From the NCBI GenBank assembly GCA_963801355.1, contig CAWDEM010000008.1, forward strand, positions 2,816,001 to 2,880,000: 64,000 bases of DNA, given 5' to 3'. Each line of letters opens with the position of its first letter. Position 1 is the stretch's first letter. Of the stretch, positions 55,367 to 64,000 are shown piece after piece. Origin of the DNA: Ignavibacteriota bacterium (lineage in GTDB: Bacteria; Bacteroidota; Ignavibacteria; UBA10030; UBA6906). The notes under the pieces were generated by a model that saw nothing but the letters and a program-made list of their open reading frames with translations, ran no database searches and was not told the origin of the DNA. The position numbers were made by a program, and so were the translations under genes.

Positions 55367-56430
55367 CAGTATGTCAGCATAAGCGAAATCCGGTGCACGG
55401 ATCCCAGCCGGTTAAAGTTCGAGTATGCATAATCGGCCTGCACCGTGGTGAATCCGGTGGCCACACGGAACCCTGCGCCGAGCGCGTAACTCTCCTCGGA
55501 TGTTTCATCCCCTGCAAGCAGCTTCTGGCCGATGGTACGCTTAATGCCGCCCCGGAGAAACAGGGTCTGCTGCCACGCGTACTCCACACCGAGGCGGACG
55601 TTCTCCGCATTGTCGTTCGGATGATTCAGCTGGACCGACGCGGTGAGCCGTTGGTCATCCGTCATCCACGGCTCCATCGCAAACCCGAGCTTGAAGAGCG
55701 TCGGCAGCGAAAATGACTGGAATGAAGTCACCTGCGTGCCGTCAAGCTGCGGTGCCGTTCCCGCCGCCGCCACATCGGCCCCGAAATTGCTGATCACCAC
55801 GGCGAACCGCGACGTCCCCAGGCCGGTCCAGTAGAACGTCCCGAGATCGATCATGACCGAACGCATCGTGAGCATATCCAGCGTCTCTTGAACATACCGT
55901 ACCGTGGCCCCGAAGCTGAACTGTTCGGTCATCTTTCGTGCGTACGTAAGGCCGATCCCGACATCACCGAAAGAGAAGTATCTCCCCGTTCCCAGGGGCT
56001 GGGTCTCCGTAGTTATCTCCATATCGGTCATGTGCAGCGACGAGAACGAGAGACCGAACGCGTCAGCTTCGGTCAGATGGTATGTCACGCCGAGATAGTC
56101 GTGATTGATATCTGCGACATACCCGGTGTGGGACGCGAACAGTTCGTTCTCGGCGGTCTGCGTAAGCCCGGCGGGGTTCCAGTAAAGCGCAGAGGCGTCG
56201 TTCGCGACGGCCACGAACGACTCACCCATGGCCACGCCGCGCGCACCAACGCCGATCTTCAGGAACTGGAACGCGGAAATGCCTGCACGTTGTCCCCCCA
56301 GGTTGGGCACGAGCTGCGCATAAAGAGTCCCGGAAGCGACGAGGAGGCAGAAACAAAAAAGCCACAGCGCGGCTGCCGGACGCCGGCCGGGTTTTCTCTT
56401 CCATCTCCTATATGTTGCTGCTGCGGGCAT
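55366..56430 (-). CDS. PorV/PorQ-family (UPF0164) outer membrane barrel
   Basis: FLKIGVGARGVAMGE..A.DASALYWNPAGL; C-terminal DYAY...HRISL. Confidence 0.9.
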   Translation of the reverse strand: MPAAATYRRWKRKPGRRPAAALWLFCFCLLVASGTLYAQLVPNLGGQRAGISAFQFLKIGVGARGVAMGESFVAVANDASALYWNPAGLTQTAENELFASHTGYVADINHDYLGVTYHLTEADAFGLSFSSLHMTDMEITTETQPLGTGRYFSFGDVGIGLTYARKMTEQFSFGATVRYVQETLDMLTMRSVMIDLGTFYWTGLGTSRFAVVISNFGADVAAAGTAPQLDGTQVTSFQSFSLPTLFKLGFAMEPWMTDDQRLTASVQLNHPNDNAENVRLGVEYAWQQTLFLRGGIKRTIGQKLLAGDETSEESYALGAGFRVATGFTTVQADYAYSNFNRLGSVHRISLMLTY

Positions 56431-56451
56431 GGTTCCCGGGGATTCCTTTTC

Positions 56452-59364
56452 TCAGAACCTGAACGACAGGCTGCCCCGGATGGTCCTCGGGTTCAGATAC
56501 CGCGTCGGGTCGTAAGGGAACGGCGAGATATTTCCCGACAGCTGCGGATATAACGGGTCATTGTAGCTCGTCGGCGTCGGATCACCGTATTCATACGCCC
56601 TGCCGGTGATCGGGTTGACGATCTGTGTATTCCGGTTGTCAAAGAGATTCTGGATTTCGATACTCGCGACCAGTTTGCCGAAACCCAGGTCAATGAGTTT
56701 TTCGATGTTCAGATCGACGTAGAACCAGTAGGCGCCGCTCGATCCGTTCAGGTTGTCGAGGTTGGGGATATATTGCGGGCGCCCCGTAGTGGCTTCGACA
56801 CCCGTCAGAATCTGCGGCGTATAGCGCTTGCCCGACTGGACAAAAACGCGCACGAACGCATTCCAGTCGTCCAGGAAGCCAACCCCGAAGAGCGGCTCAT
56901 CCTTCGGGACGGTGAAGTTGAGATACAGGGATGCCTGGAACGGTCGGTCCCAGATCAGATAGTTTTCGCGGATGTTTTCGGGCTCCCCCTGCTGGAGACG
57001 GATGAGATTCTCGTTCGGCGTGGAACTTTTTCCTGTGAAAACGGAATACGAGCCAGACAGGGTACCCCGGAACCAGTTGCCGAAACGCGTCTTGTATTCG
57101 ATTTCAATGCCCCGGTTGCGGCAGTAATCGGAATTGAGGTAGGTTGTGTAGTACTGCGCGCCGCCGGAGCTTTTCGCACGCAACACCGACTTCTCCGTGC
57201 TGTAATCATAAATATCTTTGTAGTATGCCGTCACGGTGAGGACATCGCTGCCCGATATCTGGTTCCGCAGCCCGAGTTCATAGGCGACCGTTGTTTCGGG
57301 ATTCAGATTGGGATTGCCGACCGGATCAGTAGAGCGCACCGACACCGATGTTCTACTGAGCTTGGAATATATGTACTGCGGGCGCGGCAGCTTCGAGAAA
57401 TGGCAGTAGGAGAAGAAGAGCGTCTGGTTGTCTGACACCGGATGGGAAATGCCCAGTCGCGGGCTGAGTCGCGCTTTGAACCGCCGGCCGAACAGCTCGA
57501 ACGTATCGTTGAGATACGCTTCCCGCAACGCCGGCGAAACGATCAATGCGAGCGATGGATCCTTCGCGACATCATCCACATATTTGCCCGGTGCCCAGTA
57601 CTCCAGCCGCAGTCCGGCATTCAGCAGCATGCCGCTCAACGTGATATTGTCCTGGGCATACACCGCCCCCTGGAGCGCGTGAATGTTGTATACATCGTTG
57701 TCAAACCCGAGTGGCTTCACCCATGGACGGAAGATATCCACCATCTGCATCTCCTGGTACCGTACTTCAATGCCGGTCTTGAACTTGTTCGTCTCGGTGA
57801 AGAAGTTCGTCAGATCGCACTTCAGGGTGTACTCCGTGCTGAAGTGATCGCGCCATTTGTTGGGTGATCCCAGATCATAGAACCCGTCGCCCGGCACAAC
57901 GCCGACCGTATCACGGCCCAGGTTGTAATAAAGTATAGGATAGGTCACGATATCCTGCGGTTCGAGGTACGCACCGAACGGCTTGCCGTTGGCATCCCCG
58001 CGCACGTGTGCTGTGTAACGGCTCAACTTCACTTCATAAAACATCTGCTTGCTCAACGTGTGCATCCACGAGAGCGAGTGCTGCATGTTGATCTGTGTGA
58101 ATGTCGCTGCACTGTCGGGAATAAACTGGAAGAGGTACTGGTATCCCGGATTGGGTTCCACGCGTTCTAGTGTCGCCTGTATTGCCTGCGTGTTCTGGTC
58201 GATGACCACGGATTGGTTGAAGGCATAGGAAAGCTTCATCGTGGAATTGGGCTTCCACGTGAGCTTCGTCAACCACGAATAGTTGTTGCTCCTCTTCGGC
58301 GCCCAGCTTGAACCGTTGAATATCGATGAGTAGAGCCCGCCGGGCGCCTCGACAACCCATGCCGTCGGTCGGCGGTCCAGTCCGACGGATTGCACCCAGC
58401 GGGTGTAGTTATCGCTGAGATTTGCATACACCGTTCCAAAAAAGGTCACCGTACCGGGTACCTGTACGCCGAGAGCCGGGAGCAGATAACCCGTGATCGG
58501 TTCCGGCCCGCTCAGATTGAGATCATAGATGTCGGTGTTCCAATTCGAGCGGGAGTCATTGTTGAAACCAAAATGATCGGTCTTGTACCCGATCGATCCG
58601 CTGTACCTGTCCGAGCCTTCCCGTGTCGTAATGTTGACGATGCCCGAGGTCGCCTGTCCGTATTCAGCGTTGTAGCCGCCGGTGATGACTTCGACCTCCT
58701 GGATTGCCGAGGGACTCAGCTGGAGTCCGAACCCCGAACCGGCCATCGGATCCTGCACGGAGATCCCGTCGAGCAGATAGGCATTCTCGTGCGTCCGCCC
58801 GCCGCGGATGTGAATCTCGTTATCGGCCATGATGACCCCCGGCTGCATGGCAACGACCGACTGCACGTTCTGCAGCGCGGCGGCCTGAATGTCGGCCTGG
58901 TTGATATTCCTGCGGCTGGCGGTCTCCTCGATATCGAACAGCGGCTTCTCGCCGATAATGACCACGTCCTGACCGATCGTCAGCACGGTCTCTTCCAGTT
59001 TCGCCCGGATCGACGCTGTCTCGCCCGGTTGGACTTTCACGTTCGTGAACTGCACAAGCTTGTAGCCGAGCAGTGAGACCTCCACCGTATAGGCGCCCGG
59101 GTTGACTTTTTCGATCCGCACGTTGCCGTCGATGTCACTGGTGGCCCCGTAGTAAGTCCCCTTCACGGTGACATTTGCGCCGGGGAGTCCTTCGCCGGTT
59201 TTTGCATCCACGACCGTGCCCATAATCCGGCCGACCGTCTGCGCCGCGGCAATCGGCGGAGCCGTGACACACAGCCCCGTGAGCAGAAGCGCGGTCAGAG
59301 CACTCACCCACCATCTCCTTGTGCCTGCCGGCACCATCGTGCGATATTCTCTCCGGTGGTTCAT
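56452..59364 (-). CDS. TonB-dependent receptor
   Basis: IHIRGGR..YLLDG, ITGGYNAEYGQATSG, GNPNLNPETTVAYELG and a terminal Phe. Confidence 0.93.
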   Translation of the reverse strand: MNHRREYRTMVPAGTRRWWVSALTALLLTGLCVTAPPIAAAQTVGRIMGTVVDAKTGEGLPGANVTVKGTYYGATSDIDGNVRIEKVNPGAYTVEVSLLGYKLVQFTNVKVQPGETASIRAKLEETVLTIGQDVVIIGEKPLFDIEETASRRNINQADIQAAALQNVQSVVAMQPGVIMADNEIHIRGGRTHENAYLLDGISVQDPMAGSGFGLQLSPSAIQEVEVITGGYNAEYGQATSGIVNITTREGSDRYSGSIGYKTDHFGFNNDSRSNWNTDIYDLNLSGPEPITGYLLPALGVQVPGTVTFFGTVYANLSDNYTRWVQSVGLDRRPTAWVVEAPGGLYSSIFNGSSWAPKRSNNYSWLTKLTWKPNSTMKLSYAFNQSVVIDQNTQAIQATLERVEPNPGYQYLFQFIPDSAATFTQINMQHSLSWMHTLSKQMFYEVKLSRYTAHVRGDANGKPFGAYLEPQDIVTYPILYYNLGRDTVGVVPGDGFYDLGSPNKWRDHFSTEYTLKCDLTNFFTETNKFKTGIEVRYQEMQMVDIFRPWVKPLGFDNDVYNIHALQGAVYAQDNITLSGMLLNAGLRLEYWAPGKYVDDVAKDPSLALIVSPALREAYLNDTFELFGRRFKARLSPRLGISHPVSDNQTLFFSYCHFSKLPRPQYIYSKLSRTSVSVRSTDPVGNPNLNPETTVAYELGLRNQISGSDVLTVTAYYKDIYDYSTEKSVLRAKSSGGAQYYTTYLNSDYCRNRGIEIEYKTRFGNWFRGTLSGSYSVFTGKSSTPNENLIRLQQGEPENIRENYLIWDRPFQASLYLNFTVPKDEPLFGVGFLDDWNAFVRVFVQSGKRYTPQILTGVEATTGRPQYIPNLDNLNGSSGAYWFYVDLNIEKLIDLGFGKLVASIEIQNLFDNRNTQIVNPITGRAYEYGDPTPTSYNDPLYPQLSGNISPFPYDPTRYLNPRTIRGSLSFRF

Positions 59365-59370
59365 GGCGGG

Positions 59371-61131
59371 TTAGAACACCATTCTGTTCACGACTTGATT
59401 CGGGCTGAATTGCCGCAGGGTCTTCTCAAAGAACGCCGCAATGCCCAGGGGATTCCCCTGCACCGTGTTGTTTAGCAGGTGAAGCGGCAGACCGACAAAG
59501 ACGATTGTTTTCTGTCCGTCAATCACCGCAATATTCGGGGAGCCGGTGTATCGTTGCGGCACTCTGGTATCGGGCTGCAAGTGGTAAATGTACCGTGCAT
59601 CAGAGCGGCGGTAGACCGGTCTCAGGAACACCGAGTGGATGGTGGGGGATGCATTGAGCGCCAGCTGGGGATAGATGTCCGCCGGATTTGTGCTGTCGGG
59701 GTAGACGGCGTAGTTTGCCGGCAGGCGCGAGTCACCTGCCGATGGCGGCGGCGGAGCCGGCGGCGGCAATGTCACGCTGCTCACGCTGTCAATTGGCGCA
59801 AAATCACGCAGTGCACCGCGCGGATCGCTGGTGTTCAGAAACATCGTCGAGAAGAGCACGCGACCGCCGTTCTGCAGGTATGTGAATACCGTCAGCTGTG
59901 CCACGGCGAGGCTGGGAATTTCGTCGGTGTACCAGATGACATAATCGTAGAGCAGGAAGGTCTGCACAAGCGCCGGATCGGCAAATTGCGGTACCAGCCG
60001 TCCGAATTTGCCGGCTTCTTTTTCCGATGCCGTCAGGCCAAGACCGATATTCAACTGGTCCACACTGGCGAACTGCCCGCCGGGAACCGCTGCCAACGCG
60101 CTTTGATACGTCGACTGGGCCAGCTGCGCGTCAAACCGGGTATAGTCATTGACCAGAAGAAGTCTGCTGCCGGGTTTCTTGACATACCACCGGTCTGTGG
60201 AACCCGGGAGTCTCAGGGTCGGACTGTATTCACCGGCGACATCGCGGACTTGCACATACAGCGCGTTCTCGGCATTCAGTTTGAGATTGGGCAGCTGGCC
60301 GATGAGACGGCGCCCGAGGAATTTGCCGCTATAGAGGTCGGCCGTGACGGTGGCGCTCGCGGCATCGCTCCGCACCCGGGGCACGACGAGCGTCAGGATT
60401 GTGTCCCGCAGCGTCACGGTCACCCAGGCACCCGTTGCACCGGTATCATTGAGGGCGACGCGGTATGACGCCAGCGTGTTGTCGCCGTCCGGATCCGTTC
60501 CCTTGAAGCCTACCGTCGCCACGGTAAACGTCGTGTCGGGCAGCTTCTGCACGGTGTTGGGATCGTTTGGAGCGGGGAGCAAACCGATCGTTGGAGGTGT
60601 GTTGCGTATCGGAAACGTCTGCACGGCTCCCACCGGATCGACCGCCCTGCTCAGATCATCAAGGCGCGTATCGCTGCCATCGAACAGGCCATCGTCATCC
60701 TTGTCCCAGAATGGAAACGGCAGCATTCTCACCGCGCTCTGCTCCGGCAAGCCGGCGAAGCCGTTGTCCACCGCACGCACAACGACGGCAAACCTCCTGA
60801 ATAGGGTATCCATGGGAAAGAGCAGGGTGGAATCGTTCTTCGTCACCCAGGAGTAGCGCAATGTATCGGGCGACGGAAGGGTTGTCACGTTTCCGGACAC
60901 CACCTTGAAGGAAAACAAAAATCCGCGGACGAGTCCGTTCGGCGACTCGCCCCACCACCGCAGGCGAGTTCTGCTCACACCCGTGCCGATGTCGCCCTCG
61001 GGATAGAGCCACAGAAACGTCTGCGGTGGTTTTCCGGCCACCGGATTGTCTGCCACGTGTTCACTACAGGCAGACATCAGCAGCGTACACGCGAACAGCA
61101 ACGCAAGCAATATGGGAGTTGGGCGTGACAA
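59371..61131 (-). CDS. Hypothetical lipoprotein
   Basis: Lipobox LMSAC; Ig-like W.G.(D/S)PDG repeats; C-terminal alpha/beta domain. Confidence 0.8.
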   Translation of the reverse strand: MSRPTPILLALLFACTLLMSACSEHVADNPVAGKPPQTFLWLYPEGDIGTGVSRTRLRWWGESPNGLVRGFLFSFKVVSGNVTTLPSPDTLRYSWVTKNDSTLLFPMDTLFRRFAVVVRAVDNGFAGLPEQSAVRMLPFPFWDKDDDGLFDGSDTRLDDLSRAVDPVGAVQTFPIRNTPPTIGLLPAPNDPNTVQKLPDTTFTVATVGFKGTDPDGDNTLASYRVALNDTGATGAWVTVTLRDTILTLVVPRVRSDAASATVTADLYSGKFLGRRLIGQLPNLKLNAENALYVQVRDVAGEYSPTLRLPGSTDRWYVKKPGSRLLLVNDYTRFDAQLAQSTYQSALAAVPGGQFASVDQLNIGLGLTASEKEAGKFGRLVPQFADPALVQTFLLYDYVIWYTDEIPSLAVAQLTVFTYLQNGGRVLFSTMFLNTSDPRGALRDFAPIDSVSSVTLPPPAPPPPSAGDSRLPANYAVYPDSTNPADIYPQLALNASPTIHSVFLRPVYRRSDARYIYHLQPDTRVPQRYTGSPNIAVIDGQKTIVFVGLPLHLLNNTVQGNPLGIAAFFEKTLRQFSPNQVVNRMVF

Positions 61132-61165
61132 GATAGTGCGTGGATCCGTTTGACTTCGCTCACTG

Positions 61166-61204
61166 CATCCCCCTGCCCCACCGAAGACGGCGGGGAGGGG
61201 GATG
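61166..61204 (-). terminator. Long GC-rich intergenic hairpin
   Basis: CATCCCCCT.CCCC.CCG-AAGA-CGG.GGGG.AGGGGGATG. Confidence 0.65.
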
Positions 61205-61217
61205 AAATGATCATTGT

Positions 61218-63473
61218 TTACTTCAAGAGTACCATCTTCTTTACCGCGCTGAACGAGCCGCTCTGGATGCGGACGAAGTAGAGGCCGCTAGACAATGCAG
61301 ATGCGTTGAACCGCACCGTGTATGCCCCCGGCGCCTTCATTTCGTTCACCAGCGTGGCGACCTCCTGCCCGAGCAGATTATACACTTTCAGCGTGGTCAT
61401 CCCCGCCGCCGGCAGCATGTACTGAATCATCGTGCTGGGGTTGAACGGATTCGGGTAGTTCTGAGCAAGTGCGTATGCTGCCGGCACATCCGTCCCTGAC
61501 CTATCCGCAACGTCCGTAAACACCACGTCCACAAAGTCTGCATCCGTGCGCGGCACGAACTTGTACTGCTGAAAGCTGTAATACACAATACCCGTAAGCG
61601 AGCCGATCTTGTCCCCTACACGCAGGATCGTCTTGCCACTGCTGGTGTCGGCAGGAACGTTGGAATACTTGTTCTTGCCGCTCCGCTGGACAACCACCCC
61701 ACCGCTCCCGTCATTCACGTTGTATTCGGTCGGATCGGAGAACGTCGGATAGATGTCAGTGACCGTCACATTGTTCAGACGCACGAGCATCCCTTCGTAC
61801 GCCTCTGCGGAGGCAATGCCGTTACTCGCGTTCAGCGAGCCCGTCGTCCGCACAACCGCTACCGGCTCGGCGTTGCCGCTCGACACTTTTACTATACCGG
61901 TGATGTTACCAAGCCGTGTGACATCAAACTGCTCCTGCACCGTACCGGTGACGCTGATGCTGTCGCCGTTCCGCAGTGCGGCCATCTGCCGTTGTGCTAT
62001 CGTATCAGCCGTTGTCAACCATATCCCGCTCCAGGGCTGATTCGTGCTCTGCATGTACCAGGCATTCGTGCTGCCCCCGGTAGCCGGGGAGAGGGATATC
62101 CGCAACGTATCCGCAGTCATGATACCCGACAGCGTCACCACCGCGCCGAGATAGGGACTCCTGCCGTTGATATACGGTGTGTACTGCACGTCGGCAATCG
62201 TCAAGGCACGCGCGAGGGAGGTGTAGAAGAAGGCGCCAAAGGATGTGTCCGCCGCGATTCCACTGTTCGCGGAGGAATTTGCGAGACGGACAACCTGCGC
62301 GAAGGAGTCTACTACCTGTATGAAGTACTTCACGGTCATGTTGGCGACCTGTTTGGGAATCACACCCACGTACGTGGTATCCGACGCCTGATAGTTCATG
62401 GGCACCGTCTGATATGGGGCGTTGTTCACACTGTAGAGAAGCGAGACCGTATTGGGGGAAGACCCGTTCGTCTGTTTGGTCACCTTGACACTGACCGTTG
62501 CCGTCGTGTCGGGGGTGACGATCACGGGGTTCCGGCGGTGCGTGGTGATAAGCGGCGGCACGGGATTGGGGTTGAAGACGATGTCTCCCGGATAAATCGG
62601 GCAGATTCGGTATCCGCGGGGCGCTTCCTGTCCTGACGAAGTCGTGATTATTCCGCGGAGCGTGTCAATGCGTGCCCCGGTTCCGAGGTTCTCGTAAATC
62701 TTTGCCCAGTTCGAGTCCGGTGGCCAGAGAGGAAGTTGGCTCGTCCCGTGGCCGAGCGTAAAATAGTGCGACCAGTCGTAATCACTGATTTCGTTGCCGA
62801 ACGCATCCACAACACTGAATGTCCCCCGGCCTGTGTTCACTTTGTTGTTGAAGGTGACATCGTGAATCTCCACGTACATTCCTTCCAGAGGCTCCCCGCC
62901 GGAATACAGGATTTTTCCCACGGGGGAGAGGCCGGTGTAGAAATCTCCGGTTTTCTTCACGACGGGTTTTGGCAGTGGCGCAGTTCCGATGATGGTGATG
63001 GGGTTGCCGGCGAGCGGCGCAATCTGTGTCGCGCTGAAGCCGCGGTTAACGGGAAACTCGCTGATGACACCGGTGAGCGTGATGATATCGCCGGGCGTGA
63101 CGTTCAGGAATCCGTCTTGCTTGAGCTTCGTGGAGTCAGCCAGGTTTCCACGCAGGAGAATGCCGGCATATTGTTTGATACCCGATGTGGTGTCGTACAG
63201 CAGCATGGTCCAGATATCCGTCGTATACGTGATGACACCCGGGGGCACGACGACAATACCGACCGTCGTCACAGTATCACCCATATACGGCGATGTTTGC
63301 AGGGTCCACCGGACTTGATTGACATTGACGCTGAAATTCCTCAGCGTGTCGGCAACAGTCAACGACTCCGCCGGAACCTCCTGCAACTGCCGTATGCTGG
63401 CAAAAGGATATTGCGCCGTGGCGACCATCGCCATAGCAACGAGCAACACCATCACCGCTATCAGTCTGTTCAT
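61218..63473 (-). CDS. T9SS-secreted protein with tandem OB-fold-like repeats
   Basis: SPYMGDTVTT.G, SPYLGAVVTLSG, EPLEGMYV, EAYEGMLVRL and YKFVPR; QNYPNPFNP CTD. Confidence 0.82.
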   Translation of the reverse strand: MNRLIAVMVLLVAMAMVATAQYPFASIRQLQEVPAESLTVADTLRNFSVNVNQVRWTLQTSPYMGDTVTTVGIVVVPPGVITYTTDIWTMLLYDTTSGIKQYAGILLRGNLADSTKLKQDGFLNVTPGDIITLTGVISEFPVNRGFSATQIAPLAGNPITIIGTAPLPKPVVKKTGDFYTGLSPVGKILYSGGEPLEGMYVEIHDVTFNNKVNTGRGTFSVVDAFGNEISDYDWSHYFTLGHGTSQLPLWPPDSNWAKIYENLGTGARIDTLRGIITTSSGQEAPRGYRICPIYPGDIVFNPNPVPPLITTHRRNPVIVTPDTTATVSVKVTKQTNGSSPNTVSLLYSVNNAPYQTVPMNYQASDTTYVGVIPKQVANMTVKYFIQVVDSFAQVVRLANSSANSGIAADTSFGAFFYTSLARALTIADVQYTPYINGRSPYLGAVVTLSGIMTADTLRISLSPATGGSTNAWYMQSTNQPWSGIWLTTADTIAQRQMAALRNGDSISVTGTVQEQFDVTRLGNITGIVKVSSGNAEPVAVVRTTGSLNASNGIASAEAYEGMLVRLNNVTVTDIYPTFSDPTEYNVNDGSGGVVVQRSGKNKYSNVPADTSSGKTILRVGDKIGSLTGIVYYSFQQYKFVPRTDADFVDVVFTDVADRSGTDVPAAYALAQNYPNPFNPSTMIQYMLPAAGMTTLKVYNLLGQEVATLVNEMKAPGAYTVRFNASALSSGLYFVRIQSGSFSAVKKMVLLK

Positions 63474-63506
63474 CGTACTCCTCCGTACAAGAAATTGTGC
63501 ATGTAG

Positions 63507-64000
63507 TTATTTGATGATTAAGAATTTTCCTGTCTGAATATCTCCGCTGTCCGTGTCCTTCACGCTGAACAGGTACAAACCGGTGGCAATCGCCTGGTCG
63601 AACTTCGTAATCAGATCCCACGCATGTTCGCCGCCCGACATCTGCAGTGGCACGTCGTTTCCGCCGAACCGCTGGAACCAGTTGATGTCCGCACCGCTGT
63701 ATGTCGCTGCATCGTGCGCGAACTCGGCAATGATGTCCCCCGCAAGCGTGTAAATCCTCACTTCGCACCGCCCGGGGAGATTGGTGAAGTAGAGCTTTCT
63801 CGTCCGTTCCCCGCCGGCATCCCAGATCGCATTCGCATAGTAGGGGTTCGGGTAGACGCCCACCCTTTTCGTCCCGTCATTCGGGGCGGTGCCGGGAATC
63901 ACGCGGGCAAGGACGGTCTTGCTTTCCAGCGAGGTGACACCCGCCGAAGAGTCGCCCTGATCGAACGCTGCAACCCCGTAGACGTATTGCCATCCGTTCA
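63507..64000 (-). CDS. C-terminal part of a secreted protein with a variant T9SS-like CTD (start outside window)
   Basis: Frame open to the window edge (NGWQYVYGVAAFDQGD...); VYPNPYY..FTNLP..IYTLAG..WDL..GLYLF..GKFLIIK. Confidence 0.8.
   Translation of the reverse strand, partial: NGWQYVYGVAAFDQGDSSAGVTSLESKTVLARVIPGTAPNDGTKRVGVYPNPYYANAIWDAGGERTRKLYFTNLPGRCEVRIYTLAGDIIAEFAHDAATYSGADINWFQRFGGNDVPLQMSGGEHAWDLITKFDQAIATGLYLFSVKDTDSGDIQTGKFLIIK

Overview
GC-rich bacterial chromosome segment, most likely from an Ignavibacteria-like FCB-group organism. This is inferred from T9SS C-terminal sorting domains, a PorV-family gene, signal peptides followed by Gln, and TTGACA-type promoters. From left to right: (1) a two-component pair and a flagellin locus with two nearly identical short flagellins, each behind a perfect sigma-28 promoter, plus FlaF, FlbT and two FlgM-like genes, bounded by tRNA-Val; (2) housekeeping genes (CnoX, aminotransferase, peptidases, YchF, tRNA-Gly, PPIase, LacI, AhpD-like) and three orphan HisKA_2 kinases; (3) a pgi-tkt-rpiB-tal-ppgK operon, with a +1 frameshift near the end of tkt; (4) DsbD, TrmH and EamA; (5) a T9SS-secreted M14 peptidase and an OB-fold/PLD nuclease-like protein divergent from a TonB-dependent receptor; (6) a class V aminotransferase with DUF1015, then a frameshifted gene missed by the ORF track; (7) an XRE-S24 LexA-like repressor and DUF72 sharing face-to-face promoters with two GACA-N4-TGTC palindromes; (8) a RAYT-like transposase homologue that appears catalytically dead and carries a repeat-derived tail; (9) a SusD-less outer-membrane operon (variant-CTD protein, OB-fold T9SS cargo, lipoproteins, TonB receptor, PorV-like barrel, patatin-POTRA-BamA). 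The best candidates for undescribed systems are the hybrid flagellin regulation, the LexA-like/DUF72 switch, the dead RAYT and the putative nucleic-acid uptake loci. All calls come from reading motifs by eye; no database search was run.
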